Below are positions 1 to 8,649 of a stretch of 64,000 nucleotides of DNA, piece after piece (within the stretch, counting starts at the first letter, position 1; each line of letters opens with the position of its first letter). The position numbers were made by a program, and so were the translations under genes. A model generated the notes under the pieces. It saw only the letters and a list, made by a program, of their open reading frames with translations. It searched no databases and was not told the origin of the DNA. Origin of the DNA: Spirochaetia bacterium (GTDB lineage Bacteria; Spirochaetota; Spirochaetia; SZUA-6; Bin103); NCBI GenBank assembly GCA_965203515.1, contig OZ241907.1:2976001-3040000 (forward strand). Direction: 5' to 3'.

Positions 1-618
1 CGGGTCCGCCGGCTGATGCACCTGCTCGGCCTGGAGGCGATCTACCGCAAGCCGCGCACCAGCACGGCGCATCCCGAACACTGCGTGTACCCGTATCTGC
101 TGCGCGGCCTGAGCATCGAGCGGGCGAACCACGTGTGGTGCGCCGACATCACCTACATCCCGGTGCAGGAAGGATATCTGTACCTGGTGGCGGTCATGGA
201 CTGGGCGAGTCGGCGGGTGCTGGCGTGGCGGCTGAGCAACACGCTGGACACCGCGTTCTGCCTCGCGGCGCTCGACGAGGCGCTGCGGCGGTACGGACGG
301 CCGCAGGTCTTCAACACCGATCAGGGCAGGCAGTTCACGAGCCGGGCGTTCACCGAGCGGCTGCGGGCGGCCGGCATCCGGTGCTCGATGGATGGCCGCG
401 GCCGATGCATGGACAACGTGTTCATCGAGCGGCTGTGGCGGTCGTTGAAGTACGAGGCGGTCTACCTGCACGAGTTGGCCGACGGCAAGGCGGCGCGGCG
501 GGTGATCGGGCAGTGGATGGCGTTCTACAACGAGCAGCGGCCGCACTCGGCGCTCGGCGGGCGCACGCCGGCGCAGTACTACGACGGCACGCGGGCGGCC
601 AGCGAGCAGGCGGCGTAG
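1..618 (+). CDS. IS3-family transposase OrfB (rve integrase core), 5' end outside the window
   Basis: Motifs WCADITYI, AVMDWASRRVLAW, FNTDQGRQF, DNVFIERLWRSLKYE and YNEQRPHSAL form the DDE triad of IS3 OrfB. Confidence 0.95.
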   Translation, partial: RVRRLMHLLGLEAIYRKPRTSTAHPEHCVYPYLLRGLSIERANHVWCADITYIPVQEGYLYLVAVMDWASRRVLAWRLSNTLDTAFCLAALDEALRRYGRPQVFNTDQGRQFTSRAFTERLRAAGIRCSMDGRGRCMDNVFIERLWRSLKYEAVYLHELADGKAARRVIGQWMAFYNEQRPHSALGGRTPAQYYDGTRAASEQAA

Positions 619-867
619 CGATGAACCGACGAAATCACCAGACAGGAGGGCCGCTGATTCAAGACAGGAGGCGGATGACCGCGCTGACGCCGGTCTACGA
701 GACGAGCGGGTGTGAAGTGGCGACCGCCATCCCTGGGATCAGACCGGTCGCCCGGCGCCCCGGCCTTACCGCCGCATTCGCAAGCGCAACGACAGAGGGG
801 GTAGCGCAACCACCCGAGTACACCTTATTCTGCCCCTCAACCTGTCCAACCAACCAGGACCACCTCA
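1..867 (+). mobile_element. IS3-family element, right part; terminal repeat ends ...TGTCCAACCAACCAGGACCACCTCA at 867
   Basis: OrfB is followed by an IS3-like end (reverse complement starts TGAGGTGGTCC, 5'-TG). The left end is outside the window. Confidence 0.75.
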
Positions 868-872
868 GGCAG

Positions 873-1085
873 ATGATGGTACTCCGCTATGTTTCCGAGC
901 CACAGGGAGCGGGACATCTAACGCTCATCGCGGAAGCCGTGCCCCACAAGCCGGTGCTCATCCTCGACAGCGCTCGCCAAATCGGCAAGACTACCTCGTG
1001 GACGCCGTGCTGGACCGGTCCGCCATGGACACGATGCGGATCGACCTGGAACGGGACACGCTGGCCCGCTCCGCGATCGATTCCG
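873..1085 (+). pseudogene. N-terminal fragment of an AAA_14-type ATPase, frameshifted and truncated
   Basis: KPVLILDSARQIGKTT (degenerate GARQxGKTT Walker A) continues in another frame as LVDAVLDRSAMDTMRIDLERD, then similarity stops. Confidence 0.55.
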
Positions 1086-1109
1086 AAATCGCCGACGGAC
1101 GGACGGAGA

Positions 1110-1520
1110 GTCGGGAATCAAGATGTCTACTACCGTAAACGTCCTCTGGTGATTGAAGCGGTCCAATTGACCGAAACCGCGGTAGTCAAGACGCTGGAGG
1201 GAGACATGACTGGCAGTCCCGGTGATTGGTTGATCACCGGCGTGCACGGTGAGCAATACCCCTGTGGTGATGACACGTTCCGCAAGAGCTACGAACACGT
1301 GAAAGGAAACCGCTATCGAAAGCGGCCGATCATAGTCGAAGCTATTCCGCTCATTCATCGCATCTTGATTGAGACTGGATCTGGAACTCTGGTCGGTCGG
1401 CCTGGCGACTGGCTTGTCCACGGAGTGAATGGGAGTCAATACCCCTGCTCGTCCGATGTCTTCCGGGAGACCTACGAGCCCGTCGATGATCCCCCAGAGC
1501 TGGTCTTGTCCCCGTCCTGA
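1110..1520 (+). CDS. Tandem PGDYG-like domain protein (start codon unclear)
   Basis: Two copies of YRKRPxxxEA...TxxGxxxGxPGDWLxxGVxGxQYPC...FxxxYE. No canonical start near 1110; the nearest in-frame ATGs are 873 and 876. Confidence 0.7.
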   Translation, partial: VGNQDVYYRKRPLVIEAVQLTETAVVKTLEGDMTGSPGDWLITGVHGEQYPCGDDTFRKSYEHVKGNRYRKRPIIVEAIPLIHRILIETGSGTLVGRPGDWLVHGVNGSQYPCSSDVFRETYEPVDDPPELVLSPS

Positions 1521-1723
1521 GACTGCTGCGCGACGACCCACAGCGCGTTCTCCTGGGCGAGGATCGCTTCGGTGCGGTCTACGAACATGGTGCGTTTCTG
1601 TTCTTCGGCTTTCTCACTGTAGTCGTGGACATCGGCTTTGTAGTAGTTGAGCTCTCTCTTCAGAGCCTCGGCGGTAGCCCGGTACGTTGTCCATAGCTCT
1701 TTGAAGCGAAACGCCTGCTGCAG
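1472..1723 (-). pseudogene. SLATT/DUF4231 two-TM protein, C-terminal half (gene interrupted by IS21)
   Basis: LQQAFRFKELWTTYRATAEALKRE...FVDRTEAILAQENALW matches the DUF4231 WxxYRxxAExLKxE motif. It abuts the IS21 terminus at 1724. Confidence 0.85.
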
Positions 1724-1973
1724 TGTAGCGCGACAATCAGGATGAGAACCGAGCGACAATCAAGATGAGAAAAACCGGTGTCGCAACGGCCGGGACGTTG
1801 CCACAAGGGGACGTGGGTTGGCAAGCACGGGAAGCGGCGGCGGGAGGCGCCCCGTCGAGGTCCCGAGCAACGGTCAGATCGGCGCGCCGGTCGGGAGGCG
1901 TGATGGCGTTCGCAAACGGCTTGGCGCGTGGTGGGCGGCGGACCGGATCAGGCGTGAGGTAGTACCCGGGGTG

Positions 1974-2261
1974 TCAGTCGCGGCCGTAGCCGAGCGGCGG
2001 CTCGATGCTCTCCAGGTCAGCAAGATCAAGGTCGCAGATCGCCTCCAGCTTGACGGCGACCGCAGACTCCCGGAGCGGGTCGGGCAAGTGGTCGAGCCAC
2101 GCCTGGTACTCGTCCTGAAGGTCGCGCAGGGTGCGCACCGCATCCTGCCAGCGTTGCGGGCGCGACCGGCGGTCGTGCGGCCTGCGGAACTGCACCCGGC
2201 GGGCCGCGGCGTTGCGGCGCGCGCGGTAGCGGCGTTGTCGTGCCGCGTTGCTCAACGCCAT
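1974..2261 (-). CDS. IS21 accessory small protein (95 aa), function unknown
   Basis: MALSNAARQRRYRAR...WLDHLPDPL...PPLGYGRD, 15 bp downstream of istB and inside the IRs. Confidence 0.7.
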   Translation of the reverse strand: MALSNAARQRRYRARRNAAARRVQFRRPHDRRSRPQRWQDAVRTLRDLQDEYQAWLDHLPDPLRESAVAVKLEAICDLDLADLESIEPPLGYGRD

Positions 2262-2276
2262 AGCTAGTGCGCACCG

Positions 2277-3152
2277 TTACGTAACGGGCCGCTGACCGGC
2301 CGATCCTGGATCCTGGGAGCCCTGAGCGGCCGCCGGAGTGTCACTGGCGGCGGCCGGGTCGGTACCGGCGGCCGGCTGGGCAGCCGCGCGGCGCTGCACG
2401 GCGGTGCGGCGGCGGTAGCTTTCGACGTTGAGTTCAAAGATGGTCGCGTGATGCACCAGCCGGTCGACGGCCGCCAGGGTCATGGTGGGGTCGGGGAAGA
2501 TCGAGTCCCACTGGCCGAACGGCTGATTGACGGTGAGCAGCAGCGAGCGCTGCTCGTAGCGGGCGATGATCAACTCGAACAGCACGCTGGTCTCGGCCTG
2601 ATCCTTGGTGACGTAGGCGAAGTCATCGAGGATCAGCAGGTGGTACTTGTCGAGCTTGGCGATGGCTGCCTCCAGGGTCAGGTCGCGGCACGCGCGCTGC
2701 AGCCGTTGGGTGAGGTCGGTGGTGCGGGTGAACAGCACCCGGAAGCCGTGCTCGATGAGCGCCAAGCCGATGGCGGCTGCCAGATGGCTCTTGCCGGTGC
2801 CGGGCGGTCCGATGAGCAGCAGGTTGGCGCCTTCGTCGAGCCAGCGGTCGCCGGCGCAGAGTGCGGTCACGTGCGCCTTGGACAGCAGCGGCACGACGGT
2901 GAAGTCGAACGAGTCGAGGGTCTTGCCGGCCGGCAGCCGCGCCTCGCGGAGCTGGCGCTGGAAGCGGCGGCGGGAGCGTTCGGCCAGTTCGTGCTCGGTC
3001 AGGGCGGCCAGCAGGCGCGCGCCGGGCCAGCCTTCGCGGTCGGCCTGGGCGGTGAACTGCGGCCACAGCGACTTGATGGTGGGCAGGCGCAACTCGCTGA
3101 GCATGAGGTTGAGCGCGGCGTCGTCGATCGGCTGGTCGTTGCGCCGGTTCAT
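2277..3152 (-). CDS. istB: IS21 transposition helper AAA+ ATPase IstB
   Basis: GPPGTGKSHLA Walker A, LLILDD Walker B, AAVDRLVHHA, ESYR. Confidence 0.97.
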   Translation of the reverse strand: MNRRNDQPIDDAALNLMLSELRLPTIKSLWPQFTAQADREGWPGARLLAALTEHELAERSRRRFQRQLREARLPAGKTLDSFDFTVVPLLSKAHVTALCAGDRWLDEGANLLLIGPPGTGKSHLAAAIGLALIEHGFRVLFTRTTDLTQRLQRACRDLTLEAAIAKLDKYHLLILDDFAYVTKDQAETSVLFELIIARYEQRSLLLTVNQPFGQWDSIFPDPTMTLAAVDRLVHHATIFELNVESYRRRTAVQRRAAAQPAAGTDPAAASDTPAAAQGSQDPGSAGQRPVT

Positions 3153-4678
3153 GCCGCACCCGCCTGGGAGACGCCGGCGTGGTCGGGATGATCGAGCAGC
3201 AGGTCGTAGTCGGCCAGCGAGCCGGCGTGCACGCTGACCTGCGGCAGGTCCTGCGGATCGGGCAGGAAGCGCTCCCGCAGGGTCTCCGGGTCGGGCAGCT
3301 GACCGGCGGCCAGCAGGCGCTCCAGGTGCTCGCCCAGGGCGGCCTCGCAGCCCTGATCGTGAGCCAGGGCCAGCAGCCCGACCATGCGCCGGCAGGCCTC
3401 AGACTCGTCGAGTGCCGCCAGCAGCGCCCGGAAGGCGCGCCGGTAGGCATCGCGGGGGAACAACTGCTCGCGGTAGGTCAGATGGCGCAACGCCATCGGC
3501 TTGCGGCGCAGCGCGTGGATGAGGTGATGGTAGTTGACCACGTGCCCGCGGCGCCCGTCGCCCGACGGCTTGCCCCGCGGCAGGCTCAGCAGTTCGCTGG
3601 CGCCGAGGAAGACCTGCAGCCGATCCGGGAACAGATGGACGCGCAGGTGGTGGCCGATCAGCCGCGACGGCACCGAGTAGAAGACCTTGCGCAGCGTGAA
3701 CCCGCTGTGGGAGGTGACCCGCACCCGTTCGATCTCGAAGTCCTGCACGCGGCGTTCGGGCAGCGGCTGCAAGGCCGCGCGTTCGGCGTCGATGCGCTCC
3801 CGGTGGCGGGCGTTGTGGCGCCCGACCAGTTCGGCGATCAACCGGCGGTAGGCGTCCAGGTCATCGAACGAGCACGAGCCGCGGAGCAGCAGGGCCTGAT
3901 GGAGGGCGCGTTTGAAGTGGCCGTGGGCGCTCTCGACGCTGCCGTTCTCATGGGCGGCGCCGCGATTGTTGCGGGTCGGGCGCATGCGGTAGTGCTCGCA
4001 CAGCGCCCGGTAGCGCTCGGTGAGATCGTCGTGGGCGCTGCGGTCGAGGTTGCGGAACGCCGCTGACAGGCTGTCGGTGCGGTGTTCCTGGGGCGCGCCG
4101 CCGAGCGTCCACAGCGCCTGCTGGAGGCCGGCGCTGAGGGCGCTGAAGGATTCGCCGCCGATCACCACGTCGGCGTGCTCGAAGCCGGAGTAGGGCAGCC
4201 GGAAGTGGTACAGCAGGTGCGCCAGCGGCGCGCCGGCCACGACGACGCTGAGGTTGGTGGCGGCGGTGAAGTCTGACAGGCCGAGCAGACCGGGCGGCTG
4301 GCGCTGCGCGAAGATCACCTCCTGGTCGGGACCGTGCAGGGCGCGCCAGCGGCGCACCCGGCGTTCCAGGGTGCGGCGCACGCTCGGCGGCAGTTCGGGG
4401 TGGCGGCGCAGCAGTTCCTCGAAGATGGTCACCGGGCGCAGGTCGGGCGTCTGCTGCAGCAGGGGGATGACTTCTTCTTCGAAGATGCCGGCCAGCGGGT
4501 CGGGCCGCCGGCGAGTGCGGACGGTCGGTTTCTGGGACGGCAGCTGCGGATCGGATTCGATGCGGTAGGCGGTGGCGGTGCTGATCCCCGCCTTGGCGGC
4601 GGCCACCGACGGCTGGTCCTTGGTGCGCAGGTTCATGTAGTGCCTCACGTGGTGATCGGTCAGATGTCGGCCCGGCAT
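3149..4678 (-). CDS. istA: IS21 transposase IstA
   Basis: N-terminal HTH, SDFT, HRTDSLSAA, HENGSVE, YSVPSRLIG. ATGA overlap with istB. Confidence 0.97.
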   Translation of the reverse strand: MPGRHLTDHHVRHYMNLRTKDQPSVAAAKAGISTATAYRIESDPQLPSQKPTVRTRRRPDPLAGIFEEEVIPLLQQTPDLRPVTIFEELLRRHPELPPSVRRTLERRVRRWRALHGPDQEVIFAQRQPPGLLGLSDFTAATNLSVVVAGAPLAHLLYHFRLPYSGFEHADVVIGGESFSALSAGLQQALWTLGGAPQEHRTDSLSAAFRNLDRSAHDDLTERYRALCEHYRMRPTRNNRGAAHENGSVESAHGHFKRALHQALLLRGSCSFDDLDAYRRLIAELVGRHNARHRERIDAERAALQPLPERRVQDFEIERVRVTSHSGFTLRKVFYSVPSRLIGHHLRVHLFPDRLQVFLGASELLSLPRGKPSGDGRRGHVVNYHHLIHALRRKPMALRHLTYREQLFPRDAYRRAFRALLAALDESEACRRMVGLLALAHDQGCEAALGEHLERLLAAGQLPDPETLRERFLPDPQDLPQVSVHAGSLADYDLLLDHPDHAGVSQAGAA

Positions 4679-4911
4679 GGGTGCTCCTTGGGGTGATAGT
4701 CCCAAGCACCCTATCCAACGCCGGGCCGGCCACGATCACCGGGCCGCGAAGCCCCCACGGGGGCGCCGCCGCGCGCCGGTGGCTACGGTCAGGCTACGCC
4801 CTGCCGCCGCCATCGGCGGCCCCTCCATCCTCCTCTGTCGGAGGCAGCCACCCTACCCGCGCATTCTCATCTTGATTGTCGCTGCATTCTCATCTTGATT
4901 GTCGCTGGACA

Positions 4912-5127
4912 CTGGCCGGTCATTAGGCTCAGCAACGCTGTTGCGAGCACCGACAGCCATCGCTCGCGTGCCAAGGCAGCTATCGCCGGTGCCGATGCCG
5001 CTAGCACTACCGTGAACACCGTCAGAATATAGTACCATATTTTGTACTTTGCAGACTTGCTGTCATACCATCGAACCTGGACTTGGTGTCGATTGCAGAG
5101 GTACTTCTCGAAGTCATTCTCAGTCAC
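4912..5127 (-). pseudogene. SLATT/DUF4231 two-TM protein, N-terminal half
   Basis: YLCNRHQVQVRWYDSKSAKYKIWYY followed by two hydrophobic segments. The GTG at 5127 overlaps the TIR stop (TAGTG); an alternative ATG is at 5139. Confidence 0.85.
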
Positions 5128-5529
5128 TACATGGACCATTTCCTGATGGCGCTAACTACCGACGCGGTGTTCCAGCCGACCATCTCTTTCACTCGGTCCT
5201 TCACCTCCCTCGGCTCTCGCTGCTGTCCCCACGGCCTTACACCGATCATCGGTTTGCCGATCTGGTCAGCGAAGTCCATTTCAAATTCGATCCACTCGCT
5301 GTGATTCACGTACATCCCCGCCAGAATGATCACAATTTGAACGGGTCTGATCTGCGTTTTCAGCGCTTCTTCGAGGTCGTCTCCGGTCTCTAAAGGATCA
5401 TGCTCCGGCACACTGTAGTTACTCCCCGAAGTTAGGAGCGTTGTCCAATAGCCGCACGATTCGATAATAATCGTCCGAGTATCTCCATGCGTGGCTGATG
5501 AAGAAGCGATATGTGCGCAGTGCTGGCAT
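5127..5529 (-). pseudogene. ThsB-like TIR (MTH538/DUF1863) protein with one frameshift
   Basis: ATG 5529 gives MPALRTYRFFISHAWRYSDDY...APNF. The frame shifts at the G4 run 5424-5427, then continues SNYSVPEHDP...YVNHSEWIEFEMDFA...KPMIGVRPWG...VGWN. Confidence 0.88.
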
Positions 5530-5829
5530 TTCTTGGATCCTCGCTTGCGGACGCCGGTGGGAAGTGAGCCAGAACGCCGGTCAGTTTGACCAACCTCCCA
5601 ATAGTGAAGAAGGATTGCAGCAAAGATCGGGCAGGTTGTCAATCCGACGCCGTTACGTGTCGGCGGCCCATTGATCGGTCGATTTCATGCCGGCGTAGTC
5701 GATCAGGCTCACGCCTGGAATCCGGCGCCATCGTTCTGCCACGCCCGCCCGGGCAGCCTCTACGAACCGGGCCGAAGCGCGCACGACCAGCGCCATTGTG
5801 CCGTCATGAGACGGTAGCTGGAGGCGGGC

Positions 5830-6030
5830 TGCGCAGCAGCGCGACGGCACTGCGTACGTTGCTCTGCATCGCGGTGCGGCACCGGTAGTCGGCCAGCGAC
5901 CCCGCGTGCACGCTGACCTGCGGCAGCTCATGCAGATCGGGCGCGGAGCGCTGCTGCAGGGTGTCTGGTCGGCCAGCGGTCAGGTGCTTCAGTTGCTCGT
6001 CCAGGGCCTCGCAGCCCCTGATCGTGCACC
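5830..6030 (-). mobile_element. Degenerate IS21 relic (pieces of the istA and istB 3' ends)
   Basis: 5885-6027 closely resembles istA 3205-3362 (shared GCGTGCACGCTGACCTGCGGCAG and GCCTCGCAGCCCTGATCGTG). About 5860-5888 resembles the istB 3' region near 2395-2418. Confidence 0.75.
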
Positions 6031-6123
6031 ACGCCCGCAGCCTCGACCATCCCGGAAAGTACGCCGGTAGACACCGCGGTGCCTCGACGCGCCTTCTTGA
6101 TTCGCCTCGCCGCTGCTGCGGCC

Positions 6124-6152
6124 TTGACTCCCAAGGCGGTCCCGGCTACAAT
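6124..6152 (+). promoter_or_regulatory. sigma70-type promoter of the TIR-SLOG-Nmad2 operon
   Basis: TTGACT (6124-6129), 17 bp spacer, TACAAT (6147-6152), 14 bp before GTG 6167. Confidence 0.7.
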
Positions 6153-6166
6153 TACATTCAGAACTT

Positions 6167-7348
6167 GTGTTAACCACAAAGCCGATCGCCGATACGCCGT
6201 CTTGGGATGAACCCTACCTCATGCTCCACGTGGTGTGGCATCCTCGCTGCTCGGAGTCGGAAGGTGCGGCCCGCCATCTCATTGAGCACTTCACGAGAGC
6301 GCGCTATTCCATTGAGGAGATGGGAGTAAGCGTATTTGAGTGGTCGACCCCACCGGAAGGATCGTCCGTTCCGACACCGATTGCCATGGACACCGGTGAG
6401 GCTGCTGTGGTCGTCGCGCTCATCGCCGATGAGATTCAGCACGACTCCGCGTGGGTCGAATATATTCGGGAGCTTGACAAGCGGTGCCATCCTGACGACG
6501 CCACCGGTGCCCAGAGACGCTTGATTCCCGTAGCGATGACACCTCGATCCATCGCCATTGAACTCGGAGTCCAGGCGTTGCGATGGCACGACTGGGAAAT
6601 GGATCAAAACGGTCGAGCACGGCGCTTGGTCCGTGAAGTTACCTACGAGACCGGCCGAATGCTGCGAACGATGCTAGCGAGCGACCCGAACTTGGCCGGT
6701 CAGATGGAGAAGGTCCGCGTGTTTCTGAGTCATTCGAAACACGATAATGCCGGTGAACGAATTGCGCGGCGTATACGAGACTGGCTTCATGACGACGTTC
6801 AGCTGTCCGTTTTCCTTGATGTCGCCGATATTCCCGCAGGGTTTCCCCCCGATAGGGTGCTGGAAACGGAAGTCCGGCGAAGTGCCGTCCTCATCGTGTA
6901 CACCGACTCCTTCTCCTCACGTGAGTGGTGCGTTCGCGAGGTCTTGGTTGCGAAGGAAAGTGACCGGCCGATAGTCGTAGCCGACTGCATCGAAGATCTC
7001 GACGAGCGAGCGTTTCCCTATCTCGCCAACGTGCCGGTAGTCCGCCTCTGTTCTCGGCAACCCCACGGCGTCGAGCGGGTCGTTGGCCGCCTTATCGACG
7101 AGATCTTCAAGGACTTCCTATGGAGGTTCCGCACGGCAGCCCTTGACCAAGCCAACCCGGATGTGCAGTTCATAGCTCGCGCACCCGAATTGTTGACTGC
7201 TGTCAACATCAAGAAGCCATGCCCAAACACGTCGGAGGTAGAGGTAGTCTATCCTGACCCGCCGCTGAGCATACGCGAACTCAAGTTGATAGACGGATTT
7301 GGGTTAAAATTTCTCAGCCTGAGCCAATGGAGGTGCCATGATGAGTAA
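6167..7348 (+). CDS. TIR-domain protein: degenerate N-terminal TIR-like fold, catalytic-type TIR_2 and a YPDPP tail
   Basis: VRVFLSHSKHD...SVFLDVADIPAG...SFSSREWCVREVLVAK...RPIVV; the catalytic Glu is present. Confidence 0.9.
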   Translation: MLTTKPIADTPSWDEPYLMLHVVWHPRCSESEGAARHLIEHFTRARYSIEEMGVSVFEWSTPPEGSSVPTPIAMDTGEAAVVVALIADEIQHDSAWVEYIRELDKRCHPDDATGAQRRLIPVAMTPRSIAIELGVQALRWHDWEMDQNGRARRLVREVTYETGRMLRTMLASDPNLAGQMEKVRVFLSHSKHDNAGERIARRIRDWLHDDVQLSVFLDVADIPAGFPPDRVLETEVRRSAVLIVYTDSFSSREWCVREVLVAKESDRPIVVADCIEDLDERAFPYLANVPVVRLCSRQPHGVERVVGRLIDEIFKDFLWRFRTAALDQANPDVQFIARAPELLTAVNIKKPCPNTSEVEVVYPDPPLSIRELKLIDGFGLKFLSLSQWRCHDE

Positions 7349-8165
7349 TCGCGACAACGGGTGGATAGCATCCATAGCGATCTCCATTTCCGAAAGCCCC
7401 GACCTGCCGCGCCTGGGAATGAGCGGTCGGCACCTGACCCGCGCCATGGAGACCATGGCGACCTATCTCTTGTCGTCTGGCTACCGCCTCGCATATGGGG
7501 GCGATCTTCGGCAAGGTGGATTCACCGAGCAACTCTTCGATCTGGTGAGCCGATATGATCGGTCACCGAAGTCTCGGGACTTGCCAGCGGTCGTCGACTA
7601 TCTCCCATGGCCGGCCTGCTCAGCCCTCTCCCTTGACAAGTATCGCGATCTCTCGATGCGCTTGGGCAACTCCGCCAAGGTCAAGTGCCTGGCGTACGAC
7701 GGCACGGTACTGCAGGACTTCAAGTTCCCGGAGACCCCGGTGACGAACCAGGATGAGATCACGGAGTCGCTGACTGCCATGCGCCGGACGATGCTCAAGG
7801 AGACCTCAGCAAGGGTCGTGCTCGGAGGTAGAGTAGAAGGCTACAAGGGGTTCATGCCCGGAATTGCCGAGGAAGCCCTGATGACCCTGCAGGCCGGCAA
7901 GCCGCTCTATGTTGCCGGCGGCTTCGGCGGATGCGCTCGAGACATCGCCGTAACCATGAAACTGGTCGAGCCCCTTCACGACCCGCCACGCTCCGCGTGG
8001 GACGGCCACGCGGCGTTTTCCACCTATCGTGCTGACGCTTTGAACAACGGCCTGACCGACGATGAAAACCACATACTGGCAAAGACGCCCCACATTCGCC
8101 AGGCTGTTGGCCTTATACTGAGGGGACTTGATCGCACGCCTCTTCCACCAGAAGGAGATACTTGA
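7341..8165 (+). CDS. SLOG-superfamily protein (SLOG cluster 2 / LD_cluster2-like)
   Basis: IAISISESPDL...LAYGGDLRQGGFT...SLTAMRR...ARVVLGG...GFMPGIAEEA...KPLYVAGGFGG. SD GGAGGT at 7329; ATG 7338 is an alternative start. Confidence 0.85.
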   Translation: MSNRDNGWIASIAISISESPDLPRLGMSGRHLTRAMETMATYLLSSGYRLAYGGDLRQGGFTEQLFDLVSRYDRSPKSRDLPAVVDYLPWPACSALSLDKYRDLSMRLGNSAKVKCLAYDGTVLQDFKFPETPVTNQDEITESLTAMRRTMLKETSARVVLGGRVEGYKGFMPGIAEEALMTLQAGKPLYVAGGFGGCARDIAVTMKLVEPLHDPPRSAWDGHAAFSTYRADALNNGLTDDENHILAKTPHIRQAVGLILRGLDRTPLPPEGDT

Positions 8166-8169
8166 TTCC

Positions 8170-8640
8170 ATGACGAATATCATAAAGAACATATTCATCA
8201 GTCACGTCCACGAAGACGACGAGGGACTTGGCAAACTCAAGGACTTGCTCAAACGCCACGGTATGAACCCGCGAGATTATTCCGTAAATGCAGACAACCC
8301 CAACAACGCCCATGACGACAACTATATCAAATCCGGTATCCTCGCGCCGCGCATCCGCCAGTCGAGCACATTGGTCGTATACATTTCTCCCGAAACCAAG
8401 AGCAGCCAATGGGTTGATTGGGAGATCAAGTACGCTCACAGGAGTCACAAGCGCATCGTCGGCGTGTGGGCATATGGGGAACACGGATGTGATATCCCTG
8501 ACTCACTGGACAAGTACCATGATGCTGTGGTCGGCTGGCAAGGAACCCGCATCATCGATGCTATTCAGCGTCGGATTAACCATTGGGAAAACCCTGACGG
8601 TACGAAGAGGCCGCCGCGAACCATCCGCCGGTGCGCTTAG
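8170..8640 (+). CDS. ThsB-like TIR (MTH538/DUF1863) protein
   Basis: NIFISHVHEDD...STLVVYIS.ET..SQWVDWEIKYA...KRIVGV...VVGW. SD AAGGAG lies upstream. Confidence 0.9.
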   Translation: MTNIIKNIFISHVHEDDEGLGKLKDLLKRHGMNPRDYSVNADNPNNAHDDNYIKSGILAPRIRQSSTLVVYISPETKSSQWVDWEIKYAHRSHKRIVGVWAYGEHGCDIPDSLDKYHDAVVGWQGTRIIDAIQRRINHWENPDGTKRPPRTIRRCA

Positions 8641-8649
8641 GGCGGGCAT

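Larger units (their letters stand above)
1724..4911 (-). mobile_element. Complete IS21-family element (3188 bp): istA, istB and an accessory ORF
   Basis: Terminal IRs TGTAGCGCGACAATCAGGATGAGAA (1724) and TGTCCAGCGACAATCAAGATGAGAA (4911, minus strand). Each end has a second subterminal copy; a 23-bp tandem repeat lies at 4861-4906. Confidence 0.95.

Noticed and set aside
135..1520. 461-aa ORF as a single gene
   Set aside because: It is a read-through of an alternate IS3 frame, the IS end, an ATPase scrap and the PGDYG-like domain; only the last ~135 aa look like a real protein.
4861..4906. 23-bp direct repeats as a mini-CRISPR or iterons
   Set aside because: There are no spacers; these are IS21 subterminal transposase-binding repeats mirrored at 1724-1771.
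5127..5642. 171-aa ORF as an intact TIR gene
   Set aside because: Its N-terminus is non-homologous; the true TIR start (FFISHAW) is in another frame from ATG 5529.
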